A DNA stretch of 63,964 nt, counting the filler, from Pseudovirgaria hyperparasitica (lineage: Eukaryota): the NCBI GenBank assembly GCA_010093815.1. It is 17 parts of 16 records of this genome, joined end to end, with 100 filler letters (N's around TTAATTAATTAA, not from the genome) between each part and the next. Parts side by side here need not be neighbours in the genome. Positions count along the whole stretch, not along the records: positions 11,859 to 13,393 come from ML996641.1; positions 13,494 to 18,039 come from ML996642.1; positions 18,140 to 22,473 come from ML996643.1; positions 22,574 to 26,771 come from ML996644.1; 13 more parts are not named here. The stretch is one strand, 5' to 3'. The first letter of the stretch is position 1, and the number at the start of each line of letters is the position of its first letter. Positions 11,859 through 24,427 of this stretch are shown here, in pieces. The notes under the pieces were generated by a model. It saw only the letters and a program-made list of their open reading frames with translations, did not search any database and had not been told where the DNA came from. Position numbers and translations under genes: made by a program.

Positions 11859-13393
11859 GTCCTATAGCGCCCGTTCGGGCTTAGATAAGTATAGATACTT
11901 AGGCTTTCGTTAGCCCTTTATATATCTATTTACTCGGTTCCTTCTATAGCCCTCGAATCTACTCTAGGTACCTATTCTACTAGGAGGTCTAGTAGGTATA
12001 GAGTGCCTCTTTCTACTTATCTTAAGTCCACAACCGTATATTTTTTATAAGTTCTTAAAGGCTCTACTAGTCTAGAAGAGCGTCTAGGTTATCTCGGACT
12101 TCTTATACTACTTAGCTAGAGTCGGCTTCTATTAAGCATCTATACCGTATTCGATTCCGGCCTATATATAGGAGTACGCGGTAATATATGCTGATTTATA
12201 CACGTAGCGCGGCGAAAGTATATTCTACGTTTCCTATACGTTCCTATACTTATTATTTAGTAAAGTATACCACCCTCTATATCTAGTAGAAGTTATATAT
12301 ACTTATAACGTCTGTCTCGCGTCGTAGTAGTACCGTGTTAGTAGCTTTATATACGCCTAATATAAGACGGAGTATACGGTTCTATATAGATTTAAGCTTT
12401 ATTCGCCTAGTCTATATAAGGGCCGTATACTAGCACTCGTGTCTATACGTAAAGGCGGGTCGTACTATAGATATATATAGCTGGCGTGCCTTATCCCGGG
12501 CGGTTCCCTATATAGAGGCTATAATCCGTCGTATAGCGGCTTCTACCCGGAGAGCCCTAGAGACGGCGTATACTACTTATAGTCCCCATTTAAGCTTACT
12601 ATCTAGTATAACTCTAAGCGCGCGTATACTTTATACTAGTAGTTCGTTAAATACGTCGATTTAGGGGCGTCGTTCGCCTTCTCTAGTTACCTATTTCCCT
12701 TAACAATTAATAAAGTATATAAGCTAGTATTTCTCCGGGGCGAACTTTACTCTATAGCGTTTTATCTACTAGAGGCACCTCTCGTAGTCCTATTCTAGTC
12801 TTCTACACGTTCGGTTAGTATTATTATTAATAGCTAGGAGGTATATATTATCGGCGTATCCGACTATCTCTATATACTTTATTCCTTAAAGAAGGTCTAC
12901 CGTAAAGAAGAGGAATAGAATCGGAGAGATAGTACTCCCTTATGGGATGCCGCATGCCGTCTCTTTATATTTACTCTAGTATCTAGGGATATATATCTAA
13001 GTTATTCTTCCTATAAGGAATAACTATATAAAGCGTATAATCCATTCTAGTATTCGTCTTATCCGGAGGTTATAAATAAGTCTTATATGGTTTACCTTAT
13101 TAAACGCTCCGGCCATATCGAGAGAGAGGAGCGATACTACCCGTCCCTACTTCTATACGGTCTAGATAACTTCGATAATATATTAGATAGCTATTATTAG
13201 GGAGCTACCTACCTTTACCTTCTGGTTTAGAGGGAGGAGATTATATTCCTATACCGCGGTACTTATCTTCTTCGCTATTATAGCCTCTAGTATCTTACCT
13301 AGGTAGAAGAGAAGGGCGATTAGTCTCTATCCCTTTAGGGAGTTAGGGCTCTTTCCTAGTTTCGGGAGTATAATGGTATAGGCGACTCGGAAG
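11859..13393 (-). mobile_element. RIP-degraded non-LTR (Tad1-like LINE) retrotransposon, RT region, copy 2
   Basis: RIP signature. RT motifs xIALL(F)YLGKILEAIIAKKI, G(I)PxGSTISPILF and YADxI on the minus strand. Confidence 0.88.
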
Positions 13394-13493
13394 NNNNNNN
13401 NNNNNNNNNNNNNNNNNNNNNNNNNNNNNNNNNNNNNTTAATTAATTAANNNNNNNNNNNNNNNNNNNNNNNNNNNNNNNNNNNNNNNNNNNN

Positions 13494-13570
13494 AGTGGAG
13501 GCTTCAGGCCAGCCACTGGTCGTACATAGTGCCTCAATACTGATGGAGGTTAGTGCTGGCAGCGCGTATT
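13494..13570 (+). repeat. Third copy of 19400-19476 / 24825-24901 at a contig start, then abrupt divergence
   Basis: AGTGGAGGCTTCAGGCCAGCC...GCAGCGCGTATTG is identical in all three places; only here it continues TCAGTGG instead of ATGCTGC. Confidence 0.9.
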
Positions 13571-16142
13571 GTCAGTGGTGGAACATCAGGGAGCGAGGAG
13601 TGAGTTGCGTGCTCGCGGAGCGCGATGGGCCACACCATCTCTTGAGGCCACGCGGCTGCCATGGTGTCCGGGACGCACTGGGCGATGCGCCTGGCTCACA
13701 GCAAGTCAAGTAGGCTAATGAGAAGGTATATGCGTACGTTTGAGCGACTGAATTCCAAAAAATTGGGTTCTCGCTGTTGTCGTGTTTTTTCGAATCTCCG
13801 CCTTGCGTTCACGCTATCTTTTTGGTTTTAAGCTGGCTGAATCAGCCATGCATGGTCACTCTGAGATTGTATGTGGGTACCAAGCCAACTTCTGCCTGAG
13901 AATGGAATGTGAACAATTTCCACTTTGCTCCTATCTCGGGGAGGCTTGGAAATTCTACGACTGTGTAGACTGTTGTGCGTAAATGCTTGGCAAAATGCTG
14001 ACACCCTAAGATTAGCTTAGACAAGCCGTATTTCTGGCTGATGTGAGTTTTACTGGTCGACGCGCTTGCGACCACAGGGATCAAGCAGAATTACAGATTT
14101 TAGGGCTGAACGGCGGCAAGGATCAAACGAGCCAGTGCCAGATCCCACGCGCACTAGTTCTCGAAGTGGAATCGGCTACTGAACGCACTAAAACCTGCGT
14201 TTTTGCTTGATCCCTGATGATGATTCCAATGATGAAAATGTATCTACAGTCGGTTTGCCCCGAGCGTGGAAGTATGCAGATGACAGGCTCGGCTACTGCG
14301 TTGAAGCTAAAAACTATGCCCAATTTGCCCGTATGTGGCTTGCAGGATCCCCAGGGTGCCGGACAGAAGGTTGACTCATACCAGACTCGACAAATCATGT
14401 TCAAGAGGCAGTCTAGGAGATGGAGAAGACTCAAGTAACCGGCCGATAGATAGCCTCGTATCTAGATACCCTGGCATCTGCAGTAATGCGGCACGAGTGG
14501 TAATACATTGGTCTGGACCTAACGGGCCCTGACCCGAGTATGACGTCCGAGGAGTAGAGGTTGTGAAAGCGAACGATTTGTCCCAGACAGTATGGACATG
14601 TGGTGATAGTAAGGCATTCGAGGGATCTCTGAGCAGTTTTTGATCCTGTGTATTGCGAATGCTCAGAAGTATGGCAAACATTACGTCCCTTACCGTCCGC
14701 TCCATCCTGCACTGATCCTGGAGTCCGTGGGGGCGAATTGTCCGCACGGCAATGGGACCCGCACGAAATAATTGACCCTGCGGGCCTGTCGCCCGCACTC
14801 GCAAAAGTCCCGTACAGACCCATGACATAATCAACCTTGACAATAATGGAGCCCGCGCGGGCGATTGGGGAGAGCGGGCTCGCTGATCCTCGGCGCCCTA
14901 CGACCCATCGCTTTCCCAAGTCTGGGTCTCGCTTCCCGGAAAGGCCCACTTCTACCCGCCGTCGCCCCACTACACAAGGAACGCCTACCGGCCAACGGTT
15001 ACGGGACATCTACAGCCCGCATACCACCGATGGCCGTACGGGCTCTTCGGGGCGCTAACAAAGTGACTTATAACCGCCTAAGCCTTCTCGCCAGAGGTAG
15101 ATTGCTAGCTACCGTCCTAGCAATCTCGAGAGGATCAAAAGGCCAGTTAGATGAGGACTCAGGGTAGTCCAGGTTCCCCATCATCTATATCCCATCCCAT
15201 GAAAGTGCTCAGGTTCGACAAAATCTTATCGGCCACAATCTTTTCCGCATCTACCGACGCGCCGTAACAACAGTCAAGACAGTCTTGGTCATCGGAATGA
15301 CTTAGTATCACTAGATTGACGAATGTAACACGAATCTGATTGCATCATCCACATGGCAGAAACTTCCAACGAGGTGTGGTCCCGAGTCAGAGCCTCCCCC
15401 GTCAGCCACCACGCAAGTCACCGCTGGAGAACTATACCCTTCACAGGAGGAGATGCACTCGCATCGTGCCGACAGGACACTATTCGTTGAGACGCCGGGA
15501 CTCCTCTCCTCTCCACGTATCACAGCCTCCACTCGATGTCAAGTGGGCTGGTCATATCGTATCGGATACCATCTGTGTCACGAGGGATCCAGATGATTCG
15601 ACAGTTTCCTAGCTGCAACACGTGCTAAGGAAAGCGCTTGAGGTATATAAACTGCAGCCAGTCCCTCCTGCTGTCGTCTCTCCCTTCCTCTTCTTTCCTC
15701 TCACACAGTTCATCGATTCGTCATCACGTGTCCCTCTTCACAGAATGAACATGCAGTACGTCCAGGACACACTCGCCCCCCAAACTGCAGCATCAAGATC
15801 ATTGCCGATGGGTGCGTCGATCTGGTTGCTGTTGAAAGTTGCGAGTTTCCATCCCAGAGCCAGCTCGAACCAACCCCCCCCCCCCTTGTCGGACGACCTC
15901 GGTGATTGTAATAAAAGTCTCTTTGACAATCACTCCGGTCTTGGTTCCTCCCAAGTCACGGCCGACGACATTCCAGCTAGCCTCCTGGAGTTCAACGATC
16001 TGGTCTTCGGCGATCAAGCGAGCTTCGAGGCAGACCCCGGGATTCCGACGCAGGGCTTGACGAACTCCCTTCGGTTCTTGAGTTCAGCACCGCTGGCAAA
16101 GGGACTAGGCAAGGGTCGGCGGCTCCGCCAAAGCAGGAGCAC

Positions 16143-17024
16143 GTGTCTTCGTATCATAACGATCTTATGTGTCCCACCTCTGGAGAGGTCGATCTACAGC
16201 ATGTCCAGACTGATCACGGGGCTAGTACCACATCGAGCCTACTCTGCAACAATCGAACTGAACCGAACGATGTCCCCATGACTGGGCAGAGCGACCACGT
16301 AAACTGTTTAATGATCAAAGCCCCTATGCGTCCGACCAGCCAATTGCGTCCCGCCCCGAAGGCGTCTCGCAAGAGAACGAAGAGGAGCAGCCGATCCAAG
16401 GAACTCTACTGCAAGCTATGTGGATCCTCCTTCTTTGCAACACGTACAATCTACAAGATTCACCTTCGCAGCGCGGAACACACAGAAAGGATCAGCGAGC
16501 TTGGTCTGGCAGCCACCGAAGACCATGGCCATTTATCGGTGAAGCAGATTCCAAATACCACGGAGCACTCTCAAGAGGAAGTGCGATATGCAAGCCCGTC
16601 TATGCATCTGAGCGACATTTTGAGCCCTGGATGCGATTTGCGCCTTCATGAATGCCGCATACACATATTGGGATTCATGACCGTCGACTGGGATCAGACT
16701 ACCAACCAATGGACCGGAAAAGCGGCAGATAACCGGCCGTATCTCGAGAGCAAGGCTTATAACGAGCGGGGTGGCACGGGAGAAGACCTTCGCGAATATG
16801 GTGTCGATCCGGCACTTGCTAAAGAGCAGGTGAAGGTCCTTTTTGAGCCTGGCTGTGAGGACACGGATGCCTTTGTACAAACGCTGGTACTGGAGACGGA
16901 TTGCGGGCTGGTGAGCTTTGTATACTGTGATGATTCGAATACTTGGAGCCTCTCCCGGAATGTTTGCAAGCTTAAGGTTTCCTGGCAAGAAGTTGCACAG
17001 GTCATGTTTATGGCAGTTTCATGA
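16143..17024 (+). CDS. Hypothetical protein with one C2H2/U1-type zinc finger; probable upstream extension from ~15746 via a frameshift near 16050
   Basis: 293-aa ORF with a basic patch (RKRTKRSSRSK) and LYCKLCGSSFFATRTIYKIHLRSAEH. Confidence 0.6.
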   Translation: MSSYHNDLMCPTSGEVDLQHVQTDHGASTTSSLLCNNRTEPNDVPMTGQSDHVNCLMIKAPMRPTSQLRPAPKASRKRTKRSSRSKELYCKLCGSSFFATRTIYKIHLRSAEHTERISELGLAATEDHGHLSVKQIPNTTEHSQEEVRYASPSMHLSDILSPGCDLRLHECRIHILGFMTVDWDQTTNQWTGKAADNRPYLESKAYNERGGTGEDLREYGVDPALAKEQVKVLFEPGCEDTDAFVQTLVLETDCGLVSFVYCDDSNTWSLSRNVCKLKVSWQEVAQVMFMAVS

Positions 17025-18139
17025 TTTCGATGTTAGTGTTGTATTACATTGTCAGTGTCAGTAATTTGGATTATAAGTTCGTTTTCTAAGCCTCTCCCGA
17101 CGACTTTTACTGAGTGCATGTCAAATTCGTTACAGGAAGCTCAATGTATGAGCGCCGGCTGGGGGCAATGGCATGGATGAGTTCGTGGAGGGCTCTTCCT
17201 AGCATCGGACCACAACCTGGTCCATTTTAGATGCTGTATGGTTGAAGACCCCTGGAGAGTGATCAGAATGGTACCTCGGTTTTCCTAAGGCTACTCTTTC
17301 GGAAAAAATGTAGAGACGATCTCGTTACATCGCCGACATGCATTGTGCTCATGCACATGCCTCTAAACTTACTTGGAATTCTGTAAGTGACCAACCTTCG
17401 TCACGTCGCAGCCTCCACGGTCGTGCCTGTGCATTGCGGCACAGCTCCGGTTCCCGCTACCCGGTAGTTCATTGTCAGTTTCCTGGCACTTCTAGATCTG
17501 GATTGCGAGATCGTGACCCATACATAACGCAACGGAGGAGCTGCATAAGACTGCTCTTCAGATGCCAACACATCGATCCACCTGCAACAATGGCACACAG
17601 CACAGAAGTGGCAAGAACTCAACGGCGCGCCCTCAACGAAAATTTCCGAAAGGCAAGCTAACCAAAACAGGAAAAGTACTACCCAGCGCCGGTCAGGTTT
17701 ACACCGCAAGCGTTTTGATCAGCATTGGCATCGCTCCGATTGTCGAACCTAGCTTGTATTGACGCAGAGTACTGGGACCGCTGCCTGGACGATCACCCTC
17801 CGACAGCGAGGTTCGGAACACAGTACTAGACTCACCGATTCTACTTGTTGAATACAAAGATCCAGTGTCAAACACGGTCCTAGACGGCACGTAGCATGCT
17901 GCGATACGAAGACGATGGAAGGACGATCAGAAAATGGTCCGGGAAATCACACTCGCGCAGGCCCTCACAGCTCCTCATTCTCGTCAATCACATGGTAGCG
18001 GGGCAAGAGATGGCGGTCCAGATTTCTGGACGCTACATANNNNNNNNNNNNNNNNNNNNNNNNNNNNNNNNNNNNNNNNNNNNTTAATTAATTAANNNNN
18101 NNNNNNNNNNNNNNNNNNNNNNNNNNNNNNNNNNNNNNN

Positions 18140-19002
18140 CAGATACAGTTCCGTAAGATACTCAACCAGGTCCCCATGTATCTATCCACCTTATGGGACC
18201 ATCCACCAGACAGCTTCCCAGCTGGCGTGTACGAGCCTCCATTCGGCAGAGAGGCGTCAACAGGCATACCTTCGTTTCTTAATTGGTTATATAATTGGCG
18301 AAATGTGAGCAAAGCGATGGGCGTGGACTGGGATGATAATGATGATCCTTCCCTAGATCTGAATATTGCTAGGCTACGAGCGAAATACTATGGAGCAGAA
18401 ACAATCATTACTCGACCATACCTACACTACGTATACCATTGCCCGGGGGCCGACCAAGACGTACTTAAACGAGCATGGACTTACATCAGATCTTCAAAAG
18501 AGAGCTTAACGGCTTCAAAGCTCCGGGAAGCGGATTGGGGGAATTCACTTGAAGATCTTCTTGAGAGTGATCCAACTCAGTCTCGGGATGGCATTAGTAC
18601 CAAAGCAATCAGGAGCATGCTGCTTAGTCATGCTTGTATGTGGTCCTCGATCCGGAGTACGAAAGCTTTTAACGGTATTCGAACACGTCTAAAGGTAACG
18701 AATATTTTTGGCACAATCCATGCGTGAGTATCCTTCATTATTACATAAGATATTAAACACATGATATCAAACACCTAACACGAGACGACAGTCAATTCGG
18801 AAATTGCTTGGTTCTTGCACAGTGCTGCGAGTCTGTATGGTTTAAAGACCTTGACGGGTTTGCCCCGATCCACGAAGTCCCCAAACTCCTTGAAGAAACG
18901 ATGCACAAATGCAAGACATACTCAAACCTCGCACCAGCTCTTGGCAAGGATTATCAGGTTTTACACAAAGCTTTATATAGCATCAGAGGATTACAGAGAT
19001 AG
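18140..19002 (+). CDS. 3' part of a fungal Zn2Cys6-family TF (duplicate of 23565-24427), cut by the gap
   Basis: DLNIARLRAKYYGAETIITRPYL; TNIFGTIHA-intron-QFGNCLVL. Confidence 0.75.
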
Positions 19003-21346
19003 CTAGTACATTTTCCAAGACGCATATCATGCGCCGTGGAATAGCATCAAAATGGCAGTTTGCCTCCCAGATCAGTCCGTGACCTGGTGTGGTAGAGTTT
19101 TAGATGAATCGGAGGGTTTCTCATAATCCTGGAAGGTGAAAAGTACACAACCTATAATTATATCGTCATCTCCGTCAGATAACGGACGGTAATGTCACCT
19201 GACTCCTTGGTTATGCTCACAACGGCTTCAGCCTATAGATATAATAAGAACAATGGCCTGCAGAGAAATGTACAAGGCTTAAAGCTACTGAATCCATCCT
19301 CGGGATCAGTTCGCGGAATCGCTTTGAACTTTGAGATGTGTGTTGTGCTCTCGGAGCAAAGGGTTGCATGGGTCCCATAGCAATCAGTCACCCTGTTCAA
19401 GTGGAGGCTTCAGGCCAGCCACTGGTCGTACATAGTGCCTCAATACTGATGGAGGTTAGTGCTGGCAGCGCGTATTGATGCTGCAATAGTAAGGGCCGTT
19501 CTGCATGTGACAAGTGATAGTAAGCTGCAACTCCTTATTTGAAATTGGAAGCACAGATCACCATGCACCCGCACGAGTCCAACTACCAACCTCTTACGCC
19601 CACGTCGTGCAACTTAAGGAGCTCTTTATGATATAGGCGCCGCCCCTCTCTCCATGTTCAAAGCTTTGTGGTCACAGATCACCGCATGTTCGCAACACAA
19701 CCACACATACATCTTCCGTACAATTCCAACTTCTGGGCAATGACAGCAGCGTACCAGTCTCATAGAATCCATTCGCCAAACCGACGAAAATGGTTCTACG
19801 GTCGTAAATGATACCGACCCAGTCCATGCTCCTAACAAAGACCGTGATTGGGAGGCAACGTCATTTCTGATTTCTCCCGATGATGAGCTTCACGACGGTG
19901 ACAAAGAGGAGAACTACCAAAGTCGTTTTGAAAGGCATGTTGAGAGCCACGAAACTCGTCGGCGGCGGAAGATGCTCCGGCAACGCGATGACTTCTATAA
20001 CCTCGATCCAGACTTCAATGTAATACCCGATTCGGGGCACAGAGATCGAGCTCGACTGTCCTCCGACCTAACTGTTGCCGCTGTCACTCCAATTCTCAGC
20101 AACTTTTCGTTCAAATCAGTCAACACATCATTCGGTGCAACCGACGGTTCATCATTCTTCAACCCTTCATCATTCATTTCAGAAACGGCGATGGGCCCGG
20201 AAAGGGACCAACAAAGAAACGAACAGATTATCCGGCCAGGCACTCAAGAGTATGAAACTTCAGCGGCCGACCTCGCGAGCATTGACGAAACTATCACGCT
20301 GGTTACGACAGAAATCTCCCACAGGCCGACCCGTATTGTAGTCCGTGCAAAGCCGTCCCTAGTCCCAAATGAACCGAACAATTTGGTCCATACTGCGAGC
20401 TCCAGTCTTGAAATCGCCATAAGAGACAGCAATCCGACATTACTTTTCATCAGAAATTGAGGAAATCATGAACGTCCTTGTCTTCGGTGTCTTTCATCCC
20501 GGATACGACCATTCTACTGCTCACCGAGTGGCCAATCTATCCGTCGTGTTCGTTGATTACGGCAAGTGGTATTCAGTGGTCAAATGGCAGATTACGACCT
20601 GGAAACGGAAGTCAACGACGCTATTGCTAGACTGCCTTACGTTGTCGATAATAGAGGAAACAATATCCGACTATTTCCAATCCTCACGACATGATCAGAA
20701 TGAATGCATGGTACAAAACATGATTATTAGCATGATTTGTGAATTGCGCAGCGATAGTGAACAAATCCGCATCAGGCGCCATTCTCTCTCTTATGGTCTA
20801 TGTGACGTTATGTACTCCTGCTCCGTTCTTAACACATTCCTTTACCTCGACAATCTGCAAACGTCCAAGTTGGTCTTGATGAAAACGCCATCCAGTTATG
20901 ACCGCGGTGTCACCTTTATGTGGAGTCCATTCTCGAGGTTGTACAGTCGACTGTGTTGCTTCAATTCCAGCCAACGTGTTTTCAACAATGATCCCATTTG
21001 GCATCCCATCGCTAGGATTAGGAACCAGACTGATAGTCTCCCTCAAAGCCAACGAGATAAGTAGATCGCGAAGCGCATCAAGGAAGCTCGTGTCGAAGTG
21101 GGGTACACGTGTGTCACCTAAGCTGTATTCGAACGGCTCAAAAGTGAGCATGCTATTCAAATACAGCGAGTGCGGAACCAGCAAAGTTGCGTCCACAGAG
21201 TGTACATCGCAAACAGAGCAGACATCAATGTCTCCTGCGTTAAGACGATGTAACATGATTTGGTTGTCTTGTAGATCGAAATGTCGATGGAGAAGTCCAA
21301 CGCCATAGTGCTGTTGAACGTCATGCTCTATGAAAAGCTCTCCGAT
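18140..21346 (+). repeat. 3.2-kb near-identical duplicate of 23565-26771
   Basis: Offset 5425 with identical ORF sets. By eye, only one difference was noted (GTG vs GTC, ~18229 / ~23654). Confidence 0.97.
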
Positions 21347-21448
21347 AGCGTGTAGGGCTGCTGGAGCGATTACGTGCACTTGATGCTCGAAGCGAGGTAT
21401 TTTGTTGAAAGTTGGTGCTGGCAAAATGTGCCCTGTGGTGTGTTGCAT
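20798..21448 (-). CDS. Conserved fungal hypothetical protein (~216 aa); partial duplicate at 26223-26771
   Basis: Long ORF with ELFIEHDVQQHYGVGLLHRHFDL...IML and FEPFEY motifs, which I recall from fungal uncharacterised proteins. Confidence 0.65.
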   Translation of the reverse strand: MQHTTGHILPAPTFNKIPRFEHQVHVIAPAALHAIGELFIEHDVQQHYGVGLLHRHFDLQDNQIMLHRLNAGDIDVCSVCDVHSVDATLLVPHSLYLNSMLTFEPFEYSLGDTRVPHFDTSFLDALRDLLISLALRETISLVPNPSDGMPNGIIVENTLAGIEATQSTVQPREWTPHKGDTAVITGWRFHQDQLGRLQIVEVKECVKNGAGVHNVT

Positions 21449-21591
21449 TTTCGTGGACCGACGATAATTTGCATGAAGAGAAAAGTTTCGAGTTTCAGAA
21501 GGTTGCAAACCCGGGCGCGTGAGTGATAGTGGGGCATTTGGCCCTTCCCTCGTGCGCGGACTTCCGCGGGGACAACTGCACAACCTCCGCA

Positions 21592-22175
21592 ATGCCCACA
21601 CACCAGGCGCCGTATCCACGATTCTATATCGGCGGAACAGTGGACGTTGAAGTCGTTCAACAAGCGAGAATCAAATTCCAAGCGGCGAAGCGTCATGAAC
21701 ACTTCCTAAGCCGAGGGATGAAGCACCTGTTTGAGACACTGGAGAACGAAGACAACTTTAGCAAGCAGGTAGTCGACACATGGTTGCGCGTCAGTGTAAG
21801 ATATCGCCTAAAGACTACTCGCGCTGATTGCTATAGAATGAAGAGAACATCGAAAGAATGGCCCCTGGGAGAACAGTCGAACTGAAAGCTCATGCTCCCA
21901 TCCGAATCAATTCTCTGTCCCACCCGGTCACCCTACAAAGGGGAATTCGAGAAGAGGAGGGAATCTCAATTTGGATACCACTACAAGAATGGAACAAAGA
22001 GAACGGATGCATGTTTGGCGATACAGTGATACGTCCCGGTGAATATCTTGCTCTGAGCGGTGTTGAGCCAGTGACATTTCCCGCTTCAAAAGGAGGAGCT
22101 TTGATTATCTGGTTTTTCTTACAACTCCCCAGTGAGTGTAAAAAGATGAGCCATTCTCAGGGCGAAACTAAGTAG
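21592..22175 (+). CDS. Hypothetical protein, divergently transcribed from 21448, with one probable intron ending ~21837
   Basis: MPTHQAPYPRFYIGG..., a GCTGAT...TAG branch/acceptor, then ...ISIWIPLQEWNKENGCMFGDTVIRPGEYLAL. Confidence 0.5.
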
Positions 22176-22573
22176 CAAAGGCACCTTGCGTAGTGTTGAA
22201 AGTTGAAGATGGTGGATTTGCCGTCTCGCTTTCGGATATATCTGCCAAGTAATTGACAGATAATGGATTCATCATCGCGCATTCAGGCGGATTTATCGAA
22301 TAATGGACGGATAGGGGGTTCAGAACCTCGGAGAGCGCAACCTCCGTGACAAAGTTGTTTGGATGACTAGCAATAATTCCATCGTCATTGAAAATCCCGT
22401 TTGACATCCCATAATTGGCAGATAAACTGTTCATCCAAACATCCTCACCCCATGAGACGTAAGGTCGTTCAGANNNNNNNNNNNNNNNNNNNNNNNNNNN
22501 NNNNNNNNNNNNNNNNNTTAATTAATTAANNNNNNNNNNNNNNNNNNNNNNNNNNNNNNNNNNNNNNNNNNNN

Positions 22574-22733
22574 AAGAAAGAAAAGTCGGAGAATCGTTTC
22601 AAAGCTAGAACGCCTCCAGCCGCAGCAGGAATGTGCGAGCACAACGGGACCACGGCGCAATCGTGAATTTGTACATGTGTACCAACCCCCGGCTCGTATT
22701 TCTTTTTTCGTAGGATGCATCTAGTTAACGAAG
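22574..22733 (-). repeat. Dispersed module; other copies at 30755-31034 and 31905-32272, diverged or partial copies at ~61280-61345 (-) and 8876-8940
   Basis: CACGATTGCGCCGTGGTCCCGTTGTGCTCGCACATTCCTGCTGCGGCTGGAGGCGTTCTAGC is shared by three contigs. The copies differ by internal deletions. Confidence 0.9.
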
Positions 22734-24427
22734 CCATGTTCGGCCTCCAAAGGCTGAAAGGACCATAACAAATGCAATCATCCTGCTTGTCCTTGCATTG
22801 GGCGCAGTTCTGCATGAAGATGGACCGATCGGAGGTGCCCTCGACCCTCGCAAGGAAATTGCCCAGTCAATCCACTCTCCTTCGACACGAATGCGGTATT
22901 CACCTGTAACCGAGGAACTCATGAACCTGGATGTTATTCCTGGGCTACACTACTATGCGTATGCATCCGAAATCCTTGGAACTATGCACGGTGGTCACGA
23001 ACTTTACCATGCTCAGGCGTTTCTGCTAGCGAGCCTGTATATGAATCAACTTGGTCGTGGCTTAGAGAGCTATAGCTGGATTAATGCTGCAGCCTGGGTC
23101 ATTAGGTTCAACCTTAAAATGTACCTTACTTCCTAGATGATTCATGTAGAACGCTAACTCGCCGTAGAAATCACCTATGTGTGAAGCCTGACCCTCCCGA
23201 CCACTCTGAATGGCGAGATTATGATCGCCAAGAGCATCCCGATAATCTACCACCTGGTGAGGTCGCCGAGTTTAAAATCAAGATGAATCTCCTCAAGTTC
23301 GTATATTGGTCAGCAGTACAGCTTGAAAGGTTAGTACAAAACGATGGGGCACCATTAAATAGTAAACTAAACTATGGCAGTGATATCCTCGCAGAGTTGC
23401 CGCTACCAATAAGTCATATAACACTTTGGGAAGATCGAGTTGCCTATCCGAAATACATTAATGGTAGTCTCCCAGATCTTAACGAAGTGCAAGATCAACC
23501 AGTGTCTGGCGAAATGGGACAAGTCGACAACCAGCATGACATTACCATAGTGTTGTTTTTGGCACAGATACAGTTCCGTAAGATACTCAACCAGGTCCCC
23601 ATGTATCTATCCACCTTATGGGACCATCCACCAGACAGCTTCCCAGCTGGCGTCTACGAGCCTCCATTCGGCAGAGAGGCGTCAACAGGCATACCTTCGT
23701 TTCTTAATTGGTTATATAATTGGCGAAATGTGAGCAAAGCGATGGGCGTGGACTGGGATGATAATGATGATCCTTCCCTAGATCTGAATATTGCTAGGCT
23801 ACGAGCGAAATACTATGGAGCAGAAACAATCATTACTCGACCATACCTACACTACGTATACCATTGCCCGGGGGCCGACCAAGACGTACTTAAACGAGCA
23901 TGGACTTACATCAGATCTTCAAAAGAGAGCTTAACGGCTTCAAAGCTCCGGGAAGCGGATTGGGGGAATTCACTTGAAGATCTTCTTGAGAGTGATCCAA
24001 CTCAGTCTCGGGATGGCATTAGTACCAAAGCAATCAGGAGCATGCTGCTTAGTCATGCTTGTATGTGGTCCTCGATCCGGAGTACGAAAGCTTTTAACGG
24101 TATTCGAACACGTCTAAAGGTAACGAATATTTTTGGCACAATCCATGCGTGAGTATCCTTCATTATTACATAAGATATTAAACACATGATATCAAACACC
24201 TAACACGAGACGACAGTCAATTCGGAAATTGCTTGGTTCTTGCACAGTGCTGCGAGTCTGTATGGTTTAAAGACCTTGACGGGTTTGCCCCGATCCACGA
24301 AGTCCCCAAACTCCTTGAAGAAACGATGCACAAATGCAAGACATACTCAAACCTCGCACCAGCTCTTGGCAAGGATTATCAGGTTTTACACAAAGCTTTA
24401 TATAGCATCAGAGGATTACAGAGATAG
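22734..24427 (+). pseudogene. Fungal Zn2Cys6-family transcription factor (middle homology region), 5'-truncated with no zinc cluster; introns ~23121-23167, ~23330-23380, ~24150-24216
   Basis: RTITNAIILLVLALG, IPGLHYYAYASEILG, HAQAFLLASLYMNQLGR, YWSAVQLESDILAEL, ARLRAKYYGA, NIFGTIHAQFGN. Upstream sequence is the unrelated repeat module. Confidence 0.8.

Noticed and set aside
14376..14843. Possible HNH nuclease fragment (NALLSPHVHTVWDKSFAF)
   Set aside because: Single short motif in a scrambled frame; too weak without an HMM search.
20468..21064. 198-aa plus-strand ORF (also at 25893-26489)
   Set aside because: Overlaps antisense to the better-supported minus-strand gene and has no motifs.
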